A stretch of 64,000 nt of DNA, taken from the NCBI GenBank assembly GCA_002633005.1, contig NMRA01000440.1, forward strand, positions 1 through 64,000, given 5' to 3'. Positions 32,079 to 46,600 of the stretch are shown here, piece by piece. The position numbers were made by a program, and so were the translations under genes. Each line of letters opens with the position of its first letter. Within the stretch, counting starts at the first letter, position 1. Origin of the DNA: Phoronis australis (Eukaryota; Animalia; Phoronida). Under the pieces are notes generated by a model. It was not told where the DNA came from and searched no databases. It saw nothing but the letters and a program-made list of their open reading frames with translations.

Positions 32079-34387
32079 CTACCACAAAGGCTCTCTCTCA
32101 GCATTAGCGTGACGTTTACGTCTCTTCTCATATGCAGTCCGTCTGCGATCAAACAAATGCTGAACATTGTCCACTTCAACTATAATCCTATCCCAGGTAT
32201 CATGCAAACGAGTACAATAAGAACATCCCCCACAAGGCAAATCCTCCAACCTCACACCATGGCGGAATTCCCAGCAACTGATAGGAGTGTCCAAACGAGA
32301 TAGAGCTAAAGCATTACCATGATGACAACCCTTGCAATAATCAATCAACATGTCATACTGACTTAACTCTTCCAACCACGTGGCTAATTGACCCTCATGG
32401 TTCTTAAAATTAATTAGCCATTGCAGACTACTATGGTCTGTACGAACCTTAAATGGTTTACCCAATAAGAAATGTCGAAACTGTCTCGTAAAACGGATAA
32501 TAGCCAAAAGCTTCTTGCAGGTTGTACAGTAACGACGCTGTTCAAGAGTCAGGGAAACACTAGCACAGGCAATAATCTTCTCCTTCCCCTCCTGAATCTG
32601 CAGTAAATTACCACCTATGGCTACATCAGAAGCATCCGTATCCAAAATAAACAAATCGTCCCTAGTGGGCAAAGCTAGAACTGGAGAACTAACTAGACAT
32701 TTCTTTAAGCCCACAAAAGCCGTCTCCTGTTCTTGAGACCAAAAGAAATCAACTTTGACTGTAAGCACATACAAAGGAGCAGCGATTTCAGCAAATTTAT
32801 CAACAAACGATCGGTGGTAATTTACCGACCCCAAAAACTGCTGTACCTCTCTAACATTCGTTGGTCTAGGCCAATCGTAAATGACTTTAATATGCTCCTG
32901 ATTCATAGACAAGGCATTCCCGTCAACTAAACATCCCAAAAACTTGACTTTAGAGTGGAACAGAACACACTTGGGCTTTAACTTGAAGCCAAACTCTAAG
33001 GCGTAAGAACACCTGACGTAAATGAATGAAATGTGTCTTAACATCTTCTGACATAAGTAGAATGTCATCTAAATAAGCCAAAACCGAATGCTATAGAAGA
33101 CCATTCAAAATGTGATTAATAACCCGGGAAAAAGTCGCAACTGCACCCTTGCAACCAAATGGAAGTCTGAGGAAATGAAAAGTTCCGTAACGAATGAGGA
33201 AAGCCGTTTTCTTCCTATCCTCTTTTCTCAAATTCACCTGCCAATAAGCGGAGTTACCATCCAACTTACTGAAAATGTTATTCCCAGATATAGCAGCAAA
33301 GCAATCATCGGCCAACGGCAAAGGGTAATTGCCAGTCTCAGTAATGGCATTAAGCGCCCTGAAATCAATGCAGTACCTTAGTTTGCCATCTCGTTTCCGA
33401 ATAATAACGGGATTCGAGGACCATTCAGAAACCAAAGGTTCTATAACACTAACATCTAACATTTTCTGAATATGTTCCTTCTCCTCACTGGCAAACATTT
33501 CTGGAGTATGTCATAATCTAGTCTTACATGGAGGATTATTCCCCGTATCAATCATAGCTGTAAAATTGCCTTAGTCAAGTTCAGAAGTGGCTAACACATC
33601 CTGAAATTCAATCAGCAATGACCACAACAACCAGGAATCATTTTTAGATAGGAGCTCCTGAGAATGATCACACAGTTCTGTCAAATGTTCTGGCAATATT
33701 GAATCATCTATCCCATTAACTTGGTTTACCTGCGGAGCTACCAACCAATTTGGCAATGTAGAGACTACCTCACCTGCTTCTGCTACTACCTGGCCTGTGG
33801 ATAACGTTAAATGGTGTTCACCAAGGTTCAGCAAAAACAAATGACAAGGACAACCCTCCGAGTACAAGGCCTCTAATACTACAAACGAATCACCGACTGA
33901 CTGCACCAGGAATTTATCCAAAGGACTATCCAAAACACCATCAATCTGAACAAATGAATTAGGTGGCAAGCTAACTCATCGACACAACTTAACTGGTACA
34001 GTCTTCCTTCAAATCAACTTGTTTATTTATAATTGAGTATGAGAGACCATCCAACAACAGGGAGCACGATTCTAAGTCAACAGCTGGTCTATACTTATAG
34101 AGAAAATCCAAGCCCAACAACAAATCATCGACAATGGCACTAAATAAAACTGACTTTCAAAACCACTACCCTGTATATGCAATGACATACTCTCTGTGAG
34201 AGCAGATGTAACCAATGTCTCTACCAGCCATCCTAACATCCAAATTACTAAGTAAATGAGGCTTCTGTATCCAAGATAGAAAAACTTTATCAGAAAAGAG
34301 CAACACTTGAGCTCCTTTGTCGACAACTGCCAACAACTTCTTACCATTCAACTCAACTGGAATGTGACACAACAATCCTGTTCCCAA
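32079..34387 (-). pseudogene. Gypsy pol remnant (protease, RT, RNase H)
   Basis: PR LLAVVDKGAQV; RT WSSNPVIIRKRDGKLRYCIDFRALN, LPFG, YLDD at about 33066-33077; RNase H FILDTDASDVAIG, VRTDHSSLQWL; LPCGGCSYC linker. Confidence 0.92.
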
Positions 34388-34576
34388 ATTATTAATTATC
34401 TCCTACTAGTAATTACTAGGGGACAACAAATTCACATGACTCCTAGCAACCTTAACGTGAGACTCACAATTATCTTCATCTGTATTAGCAGAGTTGTGAA
34501 CATGAACTTTGATACAGGCCTTAACTCCTAACTTTGACTGGATCGGTTATCGACCTCTCTCCAATTCCGGACTGTT

Positions 34577-36118
34577 TTAAGGTACTTCCTCCGAGGAGTT
34601 ATTGGAGACTGTCGAACAAGCCTGATCACAATGTCCATAACCTTGACAGATTCCACAACACACGGTCCTATAAGGGCAATTGTTCGACAAATGACCTTGC
34701 CCTTTGCAGTAGAAGCAGTAGCGTTGTCTTCCAGAACCGGTTTGTCTGCATTCCCTACCAATATGACCTATCTTGTTACGGTGGTAATATCTGAATTTGC
34801 CTTTACTACTGTTAGGTATTTTAGAAGTAGTATAACCCTCCTGATCTGAAACTGCCTTATCAACCTTGGTTTTTGAGGGTTGACTATGCTCTTGAACCTG
34901 CCGTACCACAAAGTTACCTTGACGAGGTCCAAAAACAGCACGTTTACTGTGACGTTGCCAGTGGGCCCTCTGCACCTCCTCGTTCATTGATAAGGGGAGA
35001 GGATTTGACAAAGAGAACACCAAATCCTTATCACTCAACCCATGACAGAATCTTGTTACAGCCTGAACGTGGGCATAACCTTCCCCTGCATCAGCAAAAG
35101 CTCTAGTGGCTAAGTCCAAAATCCTATCAACCCATTCAAAATCAGAGTCTTGGGGTTCTTGTCTAGCACTTTGGAATTCCAATTTATGCGCTTCAGGCAA
35201 AAAGGATTTCCCAAACCTATGCTGTAGACATGACTTAGCATGATCAAATGTTAACGTCGGTTTCATCAATGAAGACAGGTATTCCTCGGCCTTTTCATGC
35301 ATACACAGCAGCAATAAATTGACTTGATTTTCAGGGGACACATGATGCTGACGAAGGAATATCTCAAATTTGGTCACAAAGCCGACCAACTAGTCTTACC
35401 ATTATAAGACAGAGTCTTCAAAGGATCTCTCCAACCAGAACTAGTTCTAGGCAACCGAAACTGTGTCAAAGGATTGACCTCTTCATATTGATTATTCATG
35501 CGAACAACATTCGGTTCTGATATCACTGAGGGACTAGCCCTATACGAACCTGGATTAGCAGCTGAACTATTCACCCTTGGTGGAATGCCAAACCTATCTG
35601 CATAAGGAGTAAAAATCTCCTGGGGTTCAGTTATAATATCTTGTACAGAATGAGGTACCGGTTTCATCAACTGACTTGATATCAGCTACTTTAGTAGTTG
35701 TGGAAAACGTAGTCACACATGGGGCCGATTTCCCTGAAACTCTACCTGCAACAGTGAAAACTGGCTTATGCTCCAGAACTTTCTTTGGCTTACTAGCATT
35801 CACCGCTCTCTCATCCCCTTCCTTAAAAGCAGAAGACGATCTCCTAGTAACAGCGGAAACTGGTTGCGCCACTACAGGAGAAGATTGAACAACTCCTAGC
35901 CTCGAAGGCAAGTCAAACCTTTCACTGCTAGACATTTCAGGCGCAAACCTCTCTAAGGAAGGCATAGAATCACATTCGCCGACTTCATTGATAGTAATTC
36001 TTTCTGAACAAGTTGTTACAATTTGAGACAACTCAAACTTGTCCATTAAATCTTTGGCAGCCACAGTAATGGCAAACACAAAGTCCTGGATGAGACTAGA
36101 TGCCAATATGAAAAACAC
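34577..36118 (-). pseudogene. Gypsy gag remnant with three zinc knuckles
   Basis: YNGKTSW start of capsid region, EFQSARQ..W.DRI; knuckles YYHRNKIGHIGREC (degenerate), CFYCKGQGHLSNNC, CGICQGYGHCDQAC; frameshifted. Confidence 0.85.
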
Positions 36119-36264
36119 GTGTAATTGCTCCAGAACACCCCAAATAATACGTGGAGTGACAGGGGAGACCCCTCAACGAGCTTAAACCAAAATAAGCGAA
36201 GTGACCAAAACAAATGCCAGAAAGCCAACAAAGTAAGGAACTTATTTTATGTTGGTCGCCAAAG

Positions 36265-36504
36265 TGTGGTGAACTCTTACTAAAGCCTATCGGACCCCTT
36301 ATGGGCTATCTCATACATGAGAGGGCTGGGCGCTCACCTGCATTCTTGCTTCGTTTCTATACGTCCTGTGTAGTTGAGGGCCAGGTCTTCAACTAACTGC
36401 CAGCTGCAAATACTCAACTAAAAAACCACGAGGGTTACCCATATAACTGAAACGAGGCTGTCTTCTCTGAGCATAGTGACCCGGAACTTCGGGTTTTCAC
36501 TATG
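36265..36504 (-). repeat. Gypsy 5' LTR
   Basis: Direct repeat of 30577-30804; outer terminal CA (plus strand) changed to TG. Confidence 0.95.
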
Positions 36505-37511
36505 CTACCTAGCTGTAAGTTGTCGATAGTCCTCATACAGCAAGTTGGCTTTCTACCTTAGTATATACATTTATGATGTGACTTTTGTAAATACATTGTA
36601 TAGTTTGTGTAGAATGGCAGTATTTTTAATGCTTCCTTAGTTTTCACTTTAAAGAATAGCTGATTACCATACATTATGTTATGACAGGGTCAAATCTGGA
36701 AAGAAAAAATACTTGTACTTCTTGGGGAAAGAATCTCGCAGCCCCACACCCTGCCTTAATCTGATTGAAACTTTCAAATAGAACGGTCTCTTCAGGAGAT
36801 ATCCCTGTCTCTTCCCCTCGGCATTTCCCATACACTAGCTGCTACTGATCATGCTTAAGCACTGTTAACAGCTAAATTATACATATACATATATATGTGT
36901 GTATGTGTGTGTGTTGTACTTGGGTAGCAAAACTTGTTAAAGACACTACTCTTGTGGTTGTTGACTATCTTTATTTTATTCCATCCATATCCTCAGAACA
37001 AAGTTTGACATTCAACATAACTTTGGGAAAGTAAGTAACTGACGATGGGACATGATTAAAAGACGTGATATTTCAAAACATACCTGTTTCATTATCAAGT
37101 GGAAATAAAATGACGCAGTAATACCACCACTGAGCAAAGGCTAATTACATGCACAGTGGGGCCTGCCAGGAGTGAAATACTGCAAAGAATGACAAAGGAA
37201 GGGGGTAACAGGAAAGTCACGCAAACAAGCGTAGCGTGTGTCGCAACTCTGTTTGCTGCTCATTCAAAACACGCTTCTCGAATGCAATCAAAAGGGACTC
37301 CAGTACTTTCAATCCCAGCACATCGTGCTCTACGTACCGAATTGGCGCGTTTTCCACAATTTCGTGACGAGTGATTTTGCGTTCATGATGGTGCCATTTT
37401 GAAGATGCATAGATAATGAAGGGAAAGACAGCAAACTGCTTGACCAATGTATCATTTCTTGATATTTAAACAAAGACATTCTTTCATATTGCAAGCAAGC
37501 TCGTAAACAAC

Positions 37512-37526
37512 ATTGCTCTGGGCAAC
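37512..37526. promoter_or_regulatory. Possible RFX X-box in the CCDC34 promoter
   Basis: ATTGCTCTGGGCAAC (good GGCAAC half-site, weaker left half), about 150 bp upstream of the ATG at 37674. Confidence 0.4.
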
Positions 37527-37673
37527 GGTGTGGACTTTCGCTTTAGAAGTGTTATTTTTCATGACGAAGTTGGAGGACTTCCTATTCGACAATTAATAAT
37601 AATAACATTGAGGTAATCTCAGGGCTTATGTCACTTGTTTGACTATTTCAGTAGCGTCATAGTCTGTAAAGGT

Positions 37674-40600
37674 ATGAGTGCTGCACCACGTCCTGTGACG
37701 GCAACAGTGACCAAAGGGCGTAGCAGGCGAGAAGAGGCTCTCCAGCAAAGTCTACATGAACTCTCGCGGCCACTCGATTCAAGCAGTGATTCTACGACAT
37801 CGCTCTGTTCTGTTCTTGATCATGATAGTTATGAGAGTGTTTCAACGGGATCGTCAGGAGACGAAAGTAAAGGGTCTGTAGACAGGCACAGGGTCTTTTT
37901 CAAAGCTCTGATTTCCTAAGAATTTAGTAAACTTCAAACCAAAGCCAATGGAAAATTTAATGAGATTTAACTATTATTAATTTAACTATTTATTTTATGA
38001 TGTATTTTTGTGAATATTTACTGTTATCCTAATTTTTTGTAGCCATTTCGGTACTCTTGGAGAATGAAATTTATATTCTGGAAAACTCAAAGAAAATGAA
38101 ATAATACCTTCAAAAATAAATCAGTGGAAAATGCAGTATGAGTTTAATCATTAAGATGGTCTGATTTATTATGGGGCAATTCCATTTGTGACAGATGTAC
38201 AATCAGAGAACATTTTGATCAATTGAGAAAAAAATGTTCATCCTAAGAAAATAATTAATACATCAATTGTTAGGTCTCATTGATAGCTTTCAAAGTCTGT
38301 ATCAACTTTTCTCTTATCTTTTTATCTTACTGAGAAAATTGCCTTTAAAGGGGTGTGACGGATATTTGTAGAGATTTTGAATTTGTGAAAAAAAATTATC
38401 GTTAATTTTCTGTTTTATATAATGATTTAGTGGAATGTTTGCAAAGTACAACAAACTAATTTTTTAGTGATATCTTCTAAAAAAATTTTGTCAGACAGCT
38501 CGATGTTAGTCGAGTGAGTGTGACGGACGTATGCTCTGAATTTCTAGTCTTAAATTGTTTGTTGTTAGTAATTCAAATTTTTGCAGCATTTAAGTCATAT
38601 TGGTGTCTTTCTTGTGATTCAATGGTTTTAATCGAAATGCACCAATTGACCTTTTGCTCGAAATCCACACAGCTGGCCTGTGCTGGAAATGTGCTCTAGG
38701 CTTTTGACTTTTCAATGCATTTGATTAAAGATATAAACAACCTAAAATGCTTACATCTCTTCAAAGATGGTAAGTAATATAGATGGAGAGTGGTAATCAT
38801 TTTGTATTTAACACCTGTTGGTTGAAAACTGTTTTTATTCATTAAGTAGAATACTAAATTCAAAACTGATAAGCAAAGTTGGCTGTCAAAATATTTAAAT
38901 TTTGAAATAAACTTTAAAACATGATTAATCATCATTGCGATAAAAACACTTTAATTATTTGTTTCTTAAATCAGAACTCTCCCTAAGCTTGTACAAACTT
39001 ATTCTCTGGTCCATATTGTCGATGGTTCTGATGCATGCCCTTGTAAATAATAAAGGTGATATTTTAAAAGTATGAGTAACAGGACTTCAGTATCTCTTTA
39101 TAACAAAGTGTGAAGCAGACTAATTTGTTCAGCATGGTTCAGTTGACAGTGTGACTTATGGCGTTCATAAAGTTGTTTAAAACACTGTGCTGTCTTCTAG
39201 TGTAAAACAAGACATTTAATTACATGACGTTTAGGATTATGATTTAGGAATGTGCGGAGCTGGTCTTTATTTAGGGATTAGCACCATTAGGTTTTCATCC
39301 AGCTTTCAAACTCGTGTCTTTTCAATTTTAGAAAGTGGCGTAAAATAATAACACATCACAGTTCACATAGGTACAATTATGAATTTCTTGAGTCACATTG
39401 TAATTTTTTCAAGTTTCAGAGAATATTCGGGCAGATATTTATTCTTCCTCCGGTTGCATCTTCCGGTGGTCTCCAACAATTTCCTCTTTCATTTCTAAAT
39501 GCTAGTATAATCTTCTCGAAGCTCAGAAGAAAAAACTGATCAAATTCTAAAAAGATTGTGAGATCAAGGTTCTTGTTTTGACAAAAATATGTAAGACAAG
39601 GCGATGTAATCATTTGTTATAAAATCATTTCCTGCAAGACACACAAGACAGTGTACTGTCTGGTATTACACAATTAGAGTGACTACAGTCAGTGAAGGGC
39701 TGACAAAAATGCTCTATAAAGTAGGTCACAGGCTGCTAACTGCAAAAATGTAGAGCATTAGCTTTTTCAACACAAACAAAGTAAAGCAATCCAGAGCAGA
39801 AATAACGCATTGATCCCAGCACAACAGCAACTTGACATGTATTCTTTTAGGTCTCTTGTTATTTAAACTCTAGAGCACCTCAGGAATTGTTTCATATGAA
39901 TATTTTTGCATCTTGGATTTCCAAAAGTTAAGAATTTCTTTACCAACACAGGGCAGCAACGGAAAAATAACAAGTTCATTAAATTGAAATTTTGTTTCAT
40001 TTCCATTTTATAATGTGGTTCAACTATCTAATTTTAGCAAGTTGAATTTTCACTGTAAACTATATCTTTCCAACAAATACTTTTGAACTTGAAAAAGTCC
40101 AATGCATCTAATTTAAAACTGTGGCAACTTCACAACTTGATTTTAAAGCTGTCCTTGTATTATTGAATTGCTTAAAGGTTCTTAGTTATGAGGAATATTT
40201 TATCTTCTGCAAGTTTAGAAAGTAAAAATAAGACCTAAGGTTTTTCTGTTGGCTGAAAATTGTAATTTCATGGGTGTGACGGACAAAATTTGCCGAACAT
40301 CTGTCGCGCAATTTCTGACTTACTGAATGATCCCTGGGATCTAAAATTTTGGTCAATATAATTGAGCAACAAATTACCAGAGAATCTGAAATTATATTAA
40401 TTTTGATTGAAAACTGTAAATGTAAATTTTTAGCATTTTTTGTGACGGACGTATGGCGGAGTTGACCTTTGCCCCTAGAGGTCAGTCATATGCAACTGTT
40501 GAAATGTTATTTTTATAAAGTTTGTGCTTCATGTGATTGCACAAATTTGATAATATAGTAAAATACCCGTAGTAAGCTTTTTTATGGCAATAATTAACAA

Positions 40601-43600
40601 TGCACATGAAAATTGAGCTAATTTTTTTTCAAGGGTACTCAGCTCTCCTAAGATGAAGGATGATTCATCACCAGTTACCACTGAAACTAGTTCCGTTAAA
40701 CCCAAAGAGAGGCTGATGACTGCATGGGAGACGTGGCTTGTTCGCAAGGAGAAGTTACTGAGGCAGAAGATGGCAGCACTGGCTGAGAAAAAAAAACACG
40801 AACAACGCAAGAGGGAAGAGGAAGAGAAAATCCAGCGTGAAAAGGTGATTTTTTTATTTAACTTTAATATTTTACAGAATCCTATGTGTCTGCATCAACC
40901 AATCCAGAATCAAGGAAGTTGTCACGTATTAAGGGATCGCGTGGTAAGCTTGAGGTGATCATCTCCTTGGTAAGCTGGTGTTTGATTATGATTTCCTGAG
41001 CTTGTTGCTGCTTGAGGTACTTCTATGATTGATCTCACCAGATTGTAAACTCTATGTCTACATGCTCTGCTGCTTTGGTTGACTGGTGTCTCACAGTTCT
41101 TTGTATATATGACCTTTTGCGCCATCTGTAAAAAGGATGATAACCGCTGTGCTCACTTCCTTGTGTTCAAACACTGCTATTGGCTATTCTAATGTGCAAA
41201 TGCTGTCATTAGCTAATAATGTCTACTGATTACTTTGTCAATGCCATTATAAAAGTATCAATTGGAGAACATATTTTTGTACTTAAAAATGGGCTGCATG
41301 ATCAATTGATTAATTAATGTAACTAGTTTTATTACATATTAAATAATTGGCGTGTTCGGTATCGAACAGATCATTCATGAAAGCTCTTTCCACCTGACCA
41401 ACTTTTTTCCTGTACAACAAATCTGTTCCCACTAGCCTCACAACTGACTATAGTCCGTAGAAACTGAATAAATGCCCATTGGGTAACAAATCAAGTAATT
41501 ACTACTGAGAGCTAGTGTTTGCTGCCACTCCCTTCCAGCATGTAATTACTACTGAGAGCTACTGTTTGCTGCCACTCCCTTCCACCATGTAATTACTACT
41601 GAGAGCTACTGTTTGCTGCCACTCCCTTCCAGCATGTAATTACTACTGAGAGCTAGTGTTTGCTGCCACTCCCTTCCAGCATGTTTGTTGGCATTCTCGC
41701 ACTTCTGACACGTTGTGGAGAACATTGAAGTTGTTCGTTTTCTCTTTTGCCAATCAATTTGGGCCAAAGTTTGGTAACCATTCTCCAATGGCGAATTCTG
41801 TCCGGCTGATTTTCAAAATGTCCTGACAGCTTTTGAAACTTCAGGGCAAATGTAGAGGACATAGAAAAAATAGCAAAATCTCTGCGTTGTCAATCTTATC
41901 TTATCTTGATTTTTGCTGAATGAGCCGGCAACTCAAATCATAGGAAATGAATGCGTACATGCGCCATTTTCGAATTCACAATTTTGGTTTGACCAACCCC
42001 AGTAAACGCAAGCATTTGTAGATAAGATATGATGCTGGTACTCTTGCTGGTACTGGAAATAGAATCCCGTCATGCTATCGAATATCATGAGTCTGATTCA
42101 GACCCAATTCAGTTTCCATTTTAGTCAGTTAAACTTGGCAAAATGACTTTAAAGGGAGTTTATTGCAACTCTAAAAATGTTCTCATTATTTGTAAACATA
42201 TTTGTGTTATTATGTCCCCACATGGTCTTCCTCTTGTGGGTTTCCCCTCAATACCTGTTCATGTGAAGGGCATCGGTTACAGTGAACGCTCAACAACTGG
42301 TCAAGTGGAAGGCATCACCATTACTGCTCATACCACTTTCAATGTCCCCTCCTGCCCCTAGGGCCAGAGGGGCATGGCATTTTAGTGTTTTTTGGAGAAG
42401 AGTTCTAGCAGATGATATCTAGAGAACTGGTGGATTTCAGTGAAACTTGCAGCACCCCCTAGTGGTCATTTTGGTCTTGAGATGGGGCTTTTCAGTATTT
42501 TTGGAATGAACAGTGTTTCTGAAATCTAGAAAAGCGATTGACAGATTTCAATGAAAATTTGACACGGAGGTATGTGATGGCAGTATACTGGCATCAGTCG
42601 ATTTTCCTTTTTGGAGTTGATGGCTTCTACCAGTTTTGAGCAGATTCCAACAAGTGCTGTACCCATTATTTTGTTTCTAGTTTTGTATCTGCCAAACCTC
42701 ATAATTGTTATAGACTAGACCTGCTCATTTTTGGTTGTCTGATGTTGTGACCCTTTTTAGTAGATTTTACGTCTTAATTGCAAATGTTGAAAACTGTTTA
42801 TTTGTCAAACTTTTAGATTTGATGTTAGTTTTGAAAGGCTGAGGTCCCAAGAATACTGTTTTCTCAATTCTGCCTACTGCAGCTACCCCTTGTGGAAAAC
42901 TTGTTGTCTCCTTGTACCTTACATGAAACTGATAAACATCCTAGCTCTTACTAAGTACTGTAGTTAAACCATATAGCTACTAAATAATTTGTTTTATTTC
43001 AACCTGGTTCTTTTCCTAAAACCTTTTATCTTATTTTACCATAAAAACTGTTTCCAGACACGTTATTCAGATGTGTAGTAAAAATGCAGTGTTTCTGTTG
43101 ATGATATCATTATTAAGTTTTGTGTTGTTTTCATTGATTTCCACAATAAATTAATTAGTCGCACCTTCTGCTATTCACTTTAATATGGACGTTTTTGTCT
43201 GGACTATTTAAAAGTATCGCCAGTTTCACGAATATACTTCTGGGATGGAGGTCAAAATTTGCTGTCAATTAGCATGTACTTTGGCTGTCACAAAATTAGA
43301 GATACAAATTGGTAAAATTCAGGGCAATATTTATTGTTTTTCACATCAAAAATGGACAGAGAATTGTCAGATTTTTTATTTTGTTGCATCATTGTGAAGA
43401 TGAACAAAGTATGAATATTACAGTTTGGATGCATAAATAAATACTGAGCTACAGATTTATCCCATACGTGGTGAATAAGTCAAGTGCAATACAGTCATGC
43501 GATATTGTCATCCGTATTGCACTCCCGAGACTACTTTAAGAGTGCCCTCTAACATGGAAGGTTCAAAAGGTAGGTCATTGTCCACTCAATGTCGTTAGCC

Positions 43601-46600
43601 AGTTCGATCATAAACCTTTCCCAAAATAGTTTAAAGTAATGAAATTGCAGCAGTGTAAATAACACTCAACATGCAATCAGGACCCAAACATAGCACCTGT
43701 TACAAAACTGTTAATTACACGACACTTTTTTACAAAACTGTTAATTACATGACACTTTTGTCTTAAGTTTTATTTGCAAAATATATCATCTGCAACTCGG
43801 GTGTTGATTTCTTGGTAACTACAATGTTGAATATTGTTGTTATTTAATTATTTTCAGGAAATGTTACAAGTTCAATGCAAAATTACCATTGTTTTCGTCT
43901 TTGTTATCTGTTTTCAAGTAATAAATCGTTACATTTGAAACTCTTTCTTTTACTACAGAAAACTTGTAACATAACACCAAGTACATACATGTAGGATGTG
44001 GTCTACCACGTGAACAAAGCGTATGGGATAAATACACAACGTACCTTGATTGGCGTTGATGAAGTAATATCCCACTCGGCATTATTCCACATGTCGACCT
44101 TGGCATTCCATCTCGGTCGTTACGTGGAGTAATGTCTCCTGGGATATTGCTTCATCTCCGCCACTCTCTGTACGTTTTGTGTATATATCTGGAGGGGTAG
44201 GGAATGTACGCTGGTAAAAATGGCGGTTATTTTGTTGTTTTAAATGTTATGATGGTGATCACTATGATGTCACTTTTTTATTTTAGGTTTTGAGAGCCGA
44301 AAATGTGCGCAAAACATGGCTGGAGCACAAGAACCAACAAGAGAGGGAACGTAGGCAGATGGAGAAACAGGAGAAAATGGAAAAAGATCAAGAGAAAGAA
44401 AATAAGAAGAAGGTTATCCAAGAAAGATCGCAGGAAAGATACGAGGTCTGTTTTAAGCTAGAAAGCAGTAGAGGCACTTTAGATGGTGTGTGTGTTAATC
44501 ATTTCATTTCAGATATTAATTTGCAAAATATATATTTCACTGGGTATTGACTTAGCACTCATAAAATGTCATCTTGTAGGCAAATAAAACAACTATGGTG
44601 TGGTATTTAAATTGCTAATCTAAAAAACGGGGTGGGCCGTAAGCCGAGCATGGGCGGTAACGCGGACGAGTACGGTACTTTTCTACATGGATTTCGTACA
44701 TTAAACAGCCACTTCTCTCATCTGTTAATTGCCCGCTGTCTCACCTGCATCTCTCATCTGCTGTCTCACCTGCTAACAGCCATATTGTTTTTGGCGCATG
44801 AATGTCATTGTCCATGCCATCCAACTTCTTTATTCAAGTCCTTAAATCATTTCTAACAACATAATCATCCCAATTTCATATCATTGAACAGTGTCATTCA
44901 AAAATACACCAAAAACCATTGAGTGCTTTTAAATCAAGTGAAACTTGCCAACTGTAATTGTATTGAAATAATGGAACTTCCTTGCCCCTGGAGCCTCCTG
45001 GTGGTGGCCAGCTATAAATTCTTCCTGAGAACTCCAGTATTTACTGTCAGTTAAGGATTTTCCATTTAAGTTTGAATTAAGTTATCTAAAGTTACCGTTG
45101 ATGTTTGTTAAAGATTTTAAAAGTGTATCTTAATAAGCAAATACTAAGAAGCCAAATGTGTCGGGATTTTGTATTAGCTTTCATAAACATTTTGAAAATA
45201 AGACACTCACCAGAACATGGGAGTTTATAACTTAACTTTCAGTTTCAGAAAATTGCATTTATGCTCTTGTCATTGTTTTTGATTTTCCAAATTTGTAAAT
45301 AAAGATCATTTTGACTGGTAGATTTTAATAGTAAAACTAGTAAATCTAAAATGACCAGCGTCGGTCCTAAAATATATTAAAATATCCCCACGTATCGAGC
45401 GATGCGTTCTTTCTCAAGGGTGTGCTACAGACTGCTGAATACATGTGGATAGATCTAAAATGGCACAGGGGACCACATAGTGACATACAATAAACGTGAA
45501 CAATATGAACACAACAGGACATGGCAACTACCAGTGGGGTAGGCCTACCTATGACTAGAGAGAGAGAGAGACCCAAACAGAGACATACGCAGCTACTGAA
45601 GTCTATTCACTACAGACTTGTAGTGAGACAGAACTTCTATGTCTCTGTTCAGGCCACTGACGTGAGTGTTAAACTTCGCGATGAATTCAGCCTTGCATTT
45701 TCTACATACGTAAGTGTCCGCCTTTGACTACAAGTACATTGACGTGGTAGTATGGCCTGGGAGGTGGAAATGTTCCCCAATGGGAACCGCCCTATTATTG
45801 TGAAGAATCGTCTGCCTATGGCCATTCATTCTAGTGCATAACGAGTTACATGTCTCCCCAAAATACCACGCATGGGGACATTTACCACATCTAATAAGAT
45901 AAACAATGCCCACACTTGAGCACGAGAATTTGTCTCTGATCTCATATGAGACACCATAGCGACTTATGACTGACTCCCCAGATATGTGGGTGCAAGTCAA
46001 GCACCTGAGCCAACCTCTTGGTGGTCTATGTTAATGAACCTGCTTCTAACTAGCATATTCCTAAGATTGGGAGGCTGTCTATAGACCAGACGGGGCATCA
46101 AGGGGATAACCCTAGTTAAGTACTCGTTGTCTAACAGCAGTAAATTTTACTCATTTTTGAAAGTTTTGCATTGGCTGAGGAACTTTGTATTGCATGATAT
46201 CTTGTGGAGTGTGCAACGTGCTGTAGTCTCCGTTGAGGTTGTTCACCAGTAGCAATGTATTTGTTGATCTCTGATCTCTTTTCTTTCAGAAAATATACTA
46301 GGGTACTTTTACTAGTTGACATTGCCCAACTGTTTTTTGATATATGGGTTAGAATGACGATCACTAATAAAATAAGATTTGAGATAACGTTAAGTATAGC
46401 TTGTTCGTGTACATTTTCATATTCTTTTCCAGGAATGGATAGAACATAAACGAAAACTAGAGAGGGAGGCGCGCTTGCAAGGTAAAGAGGAGAGGAAACT
46501 TAAGTCAGAGGAGGAGAGAGAGCGAAAGGCTCAAAGTGAGGCTGCGTTCGAGGCGTGGTGTAAAAAGGCTCAAAAACAACCAAGACCTCTGAATAACAGC

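Larger units (their letters stand above)
30577..36504 (-). mobile_element. Ty3/Gypsy LTR retrotransposon, decayed, integrase apparently deleted
   Basis: LTRs 36265-36504 and 30577-30804; PBS TGGCGACCAAC next to the 5' LTR; PPT AAAAGGGGGAGGAG next to the 3' LTR; TSD CTAC (possibly GCTAC); gag-PR-RT-RNaseH order with stops and frameshifts. Confidence 0.96.

Noticed and set aside
38172-40476. Possible 2.3-kb DNA transposon (GGGCAATTCC..GGAGTTGACC, repeated TGTGACGGAC) in CCDC34 intron 1
   Set aside because: Termini match only weakly, with no TSD or transposase; not supportable as a feature.
41495-41682. Possible CRISPR-like array
   Set aside because: Units are contiguous and near identical with no unique spacers; eukaryotic context with no cas genes.
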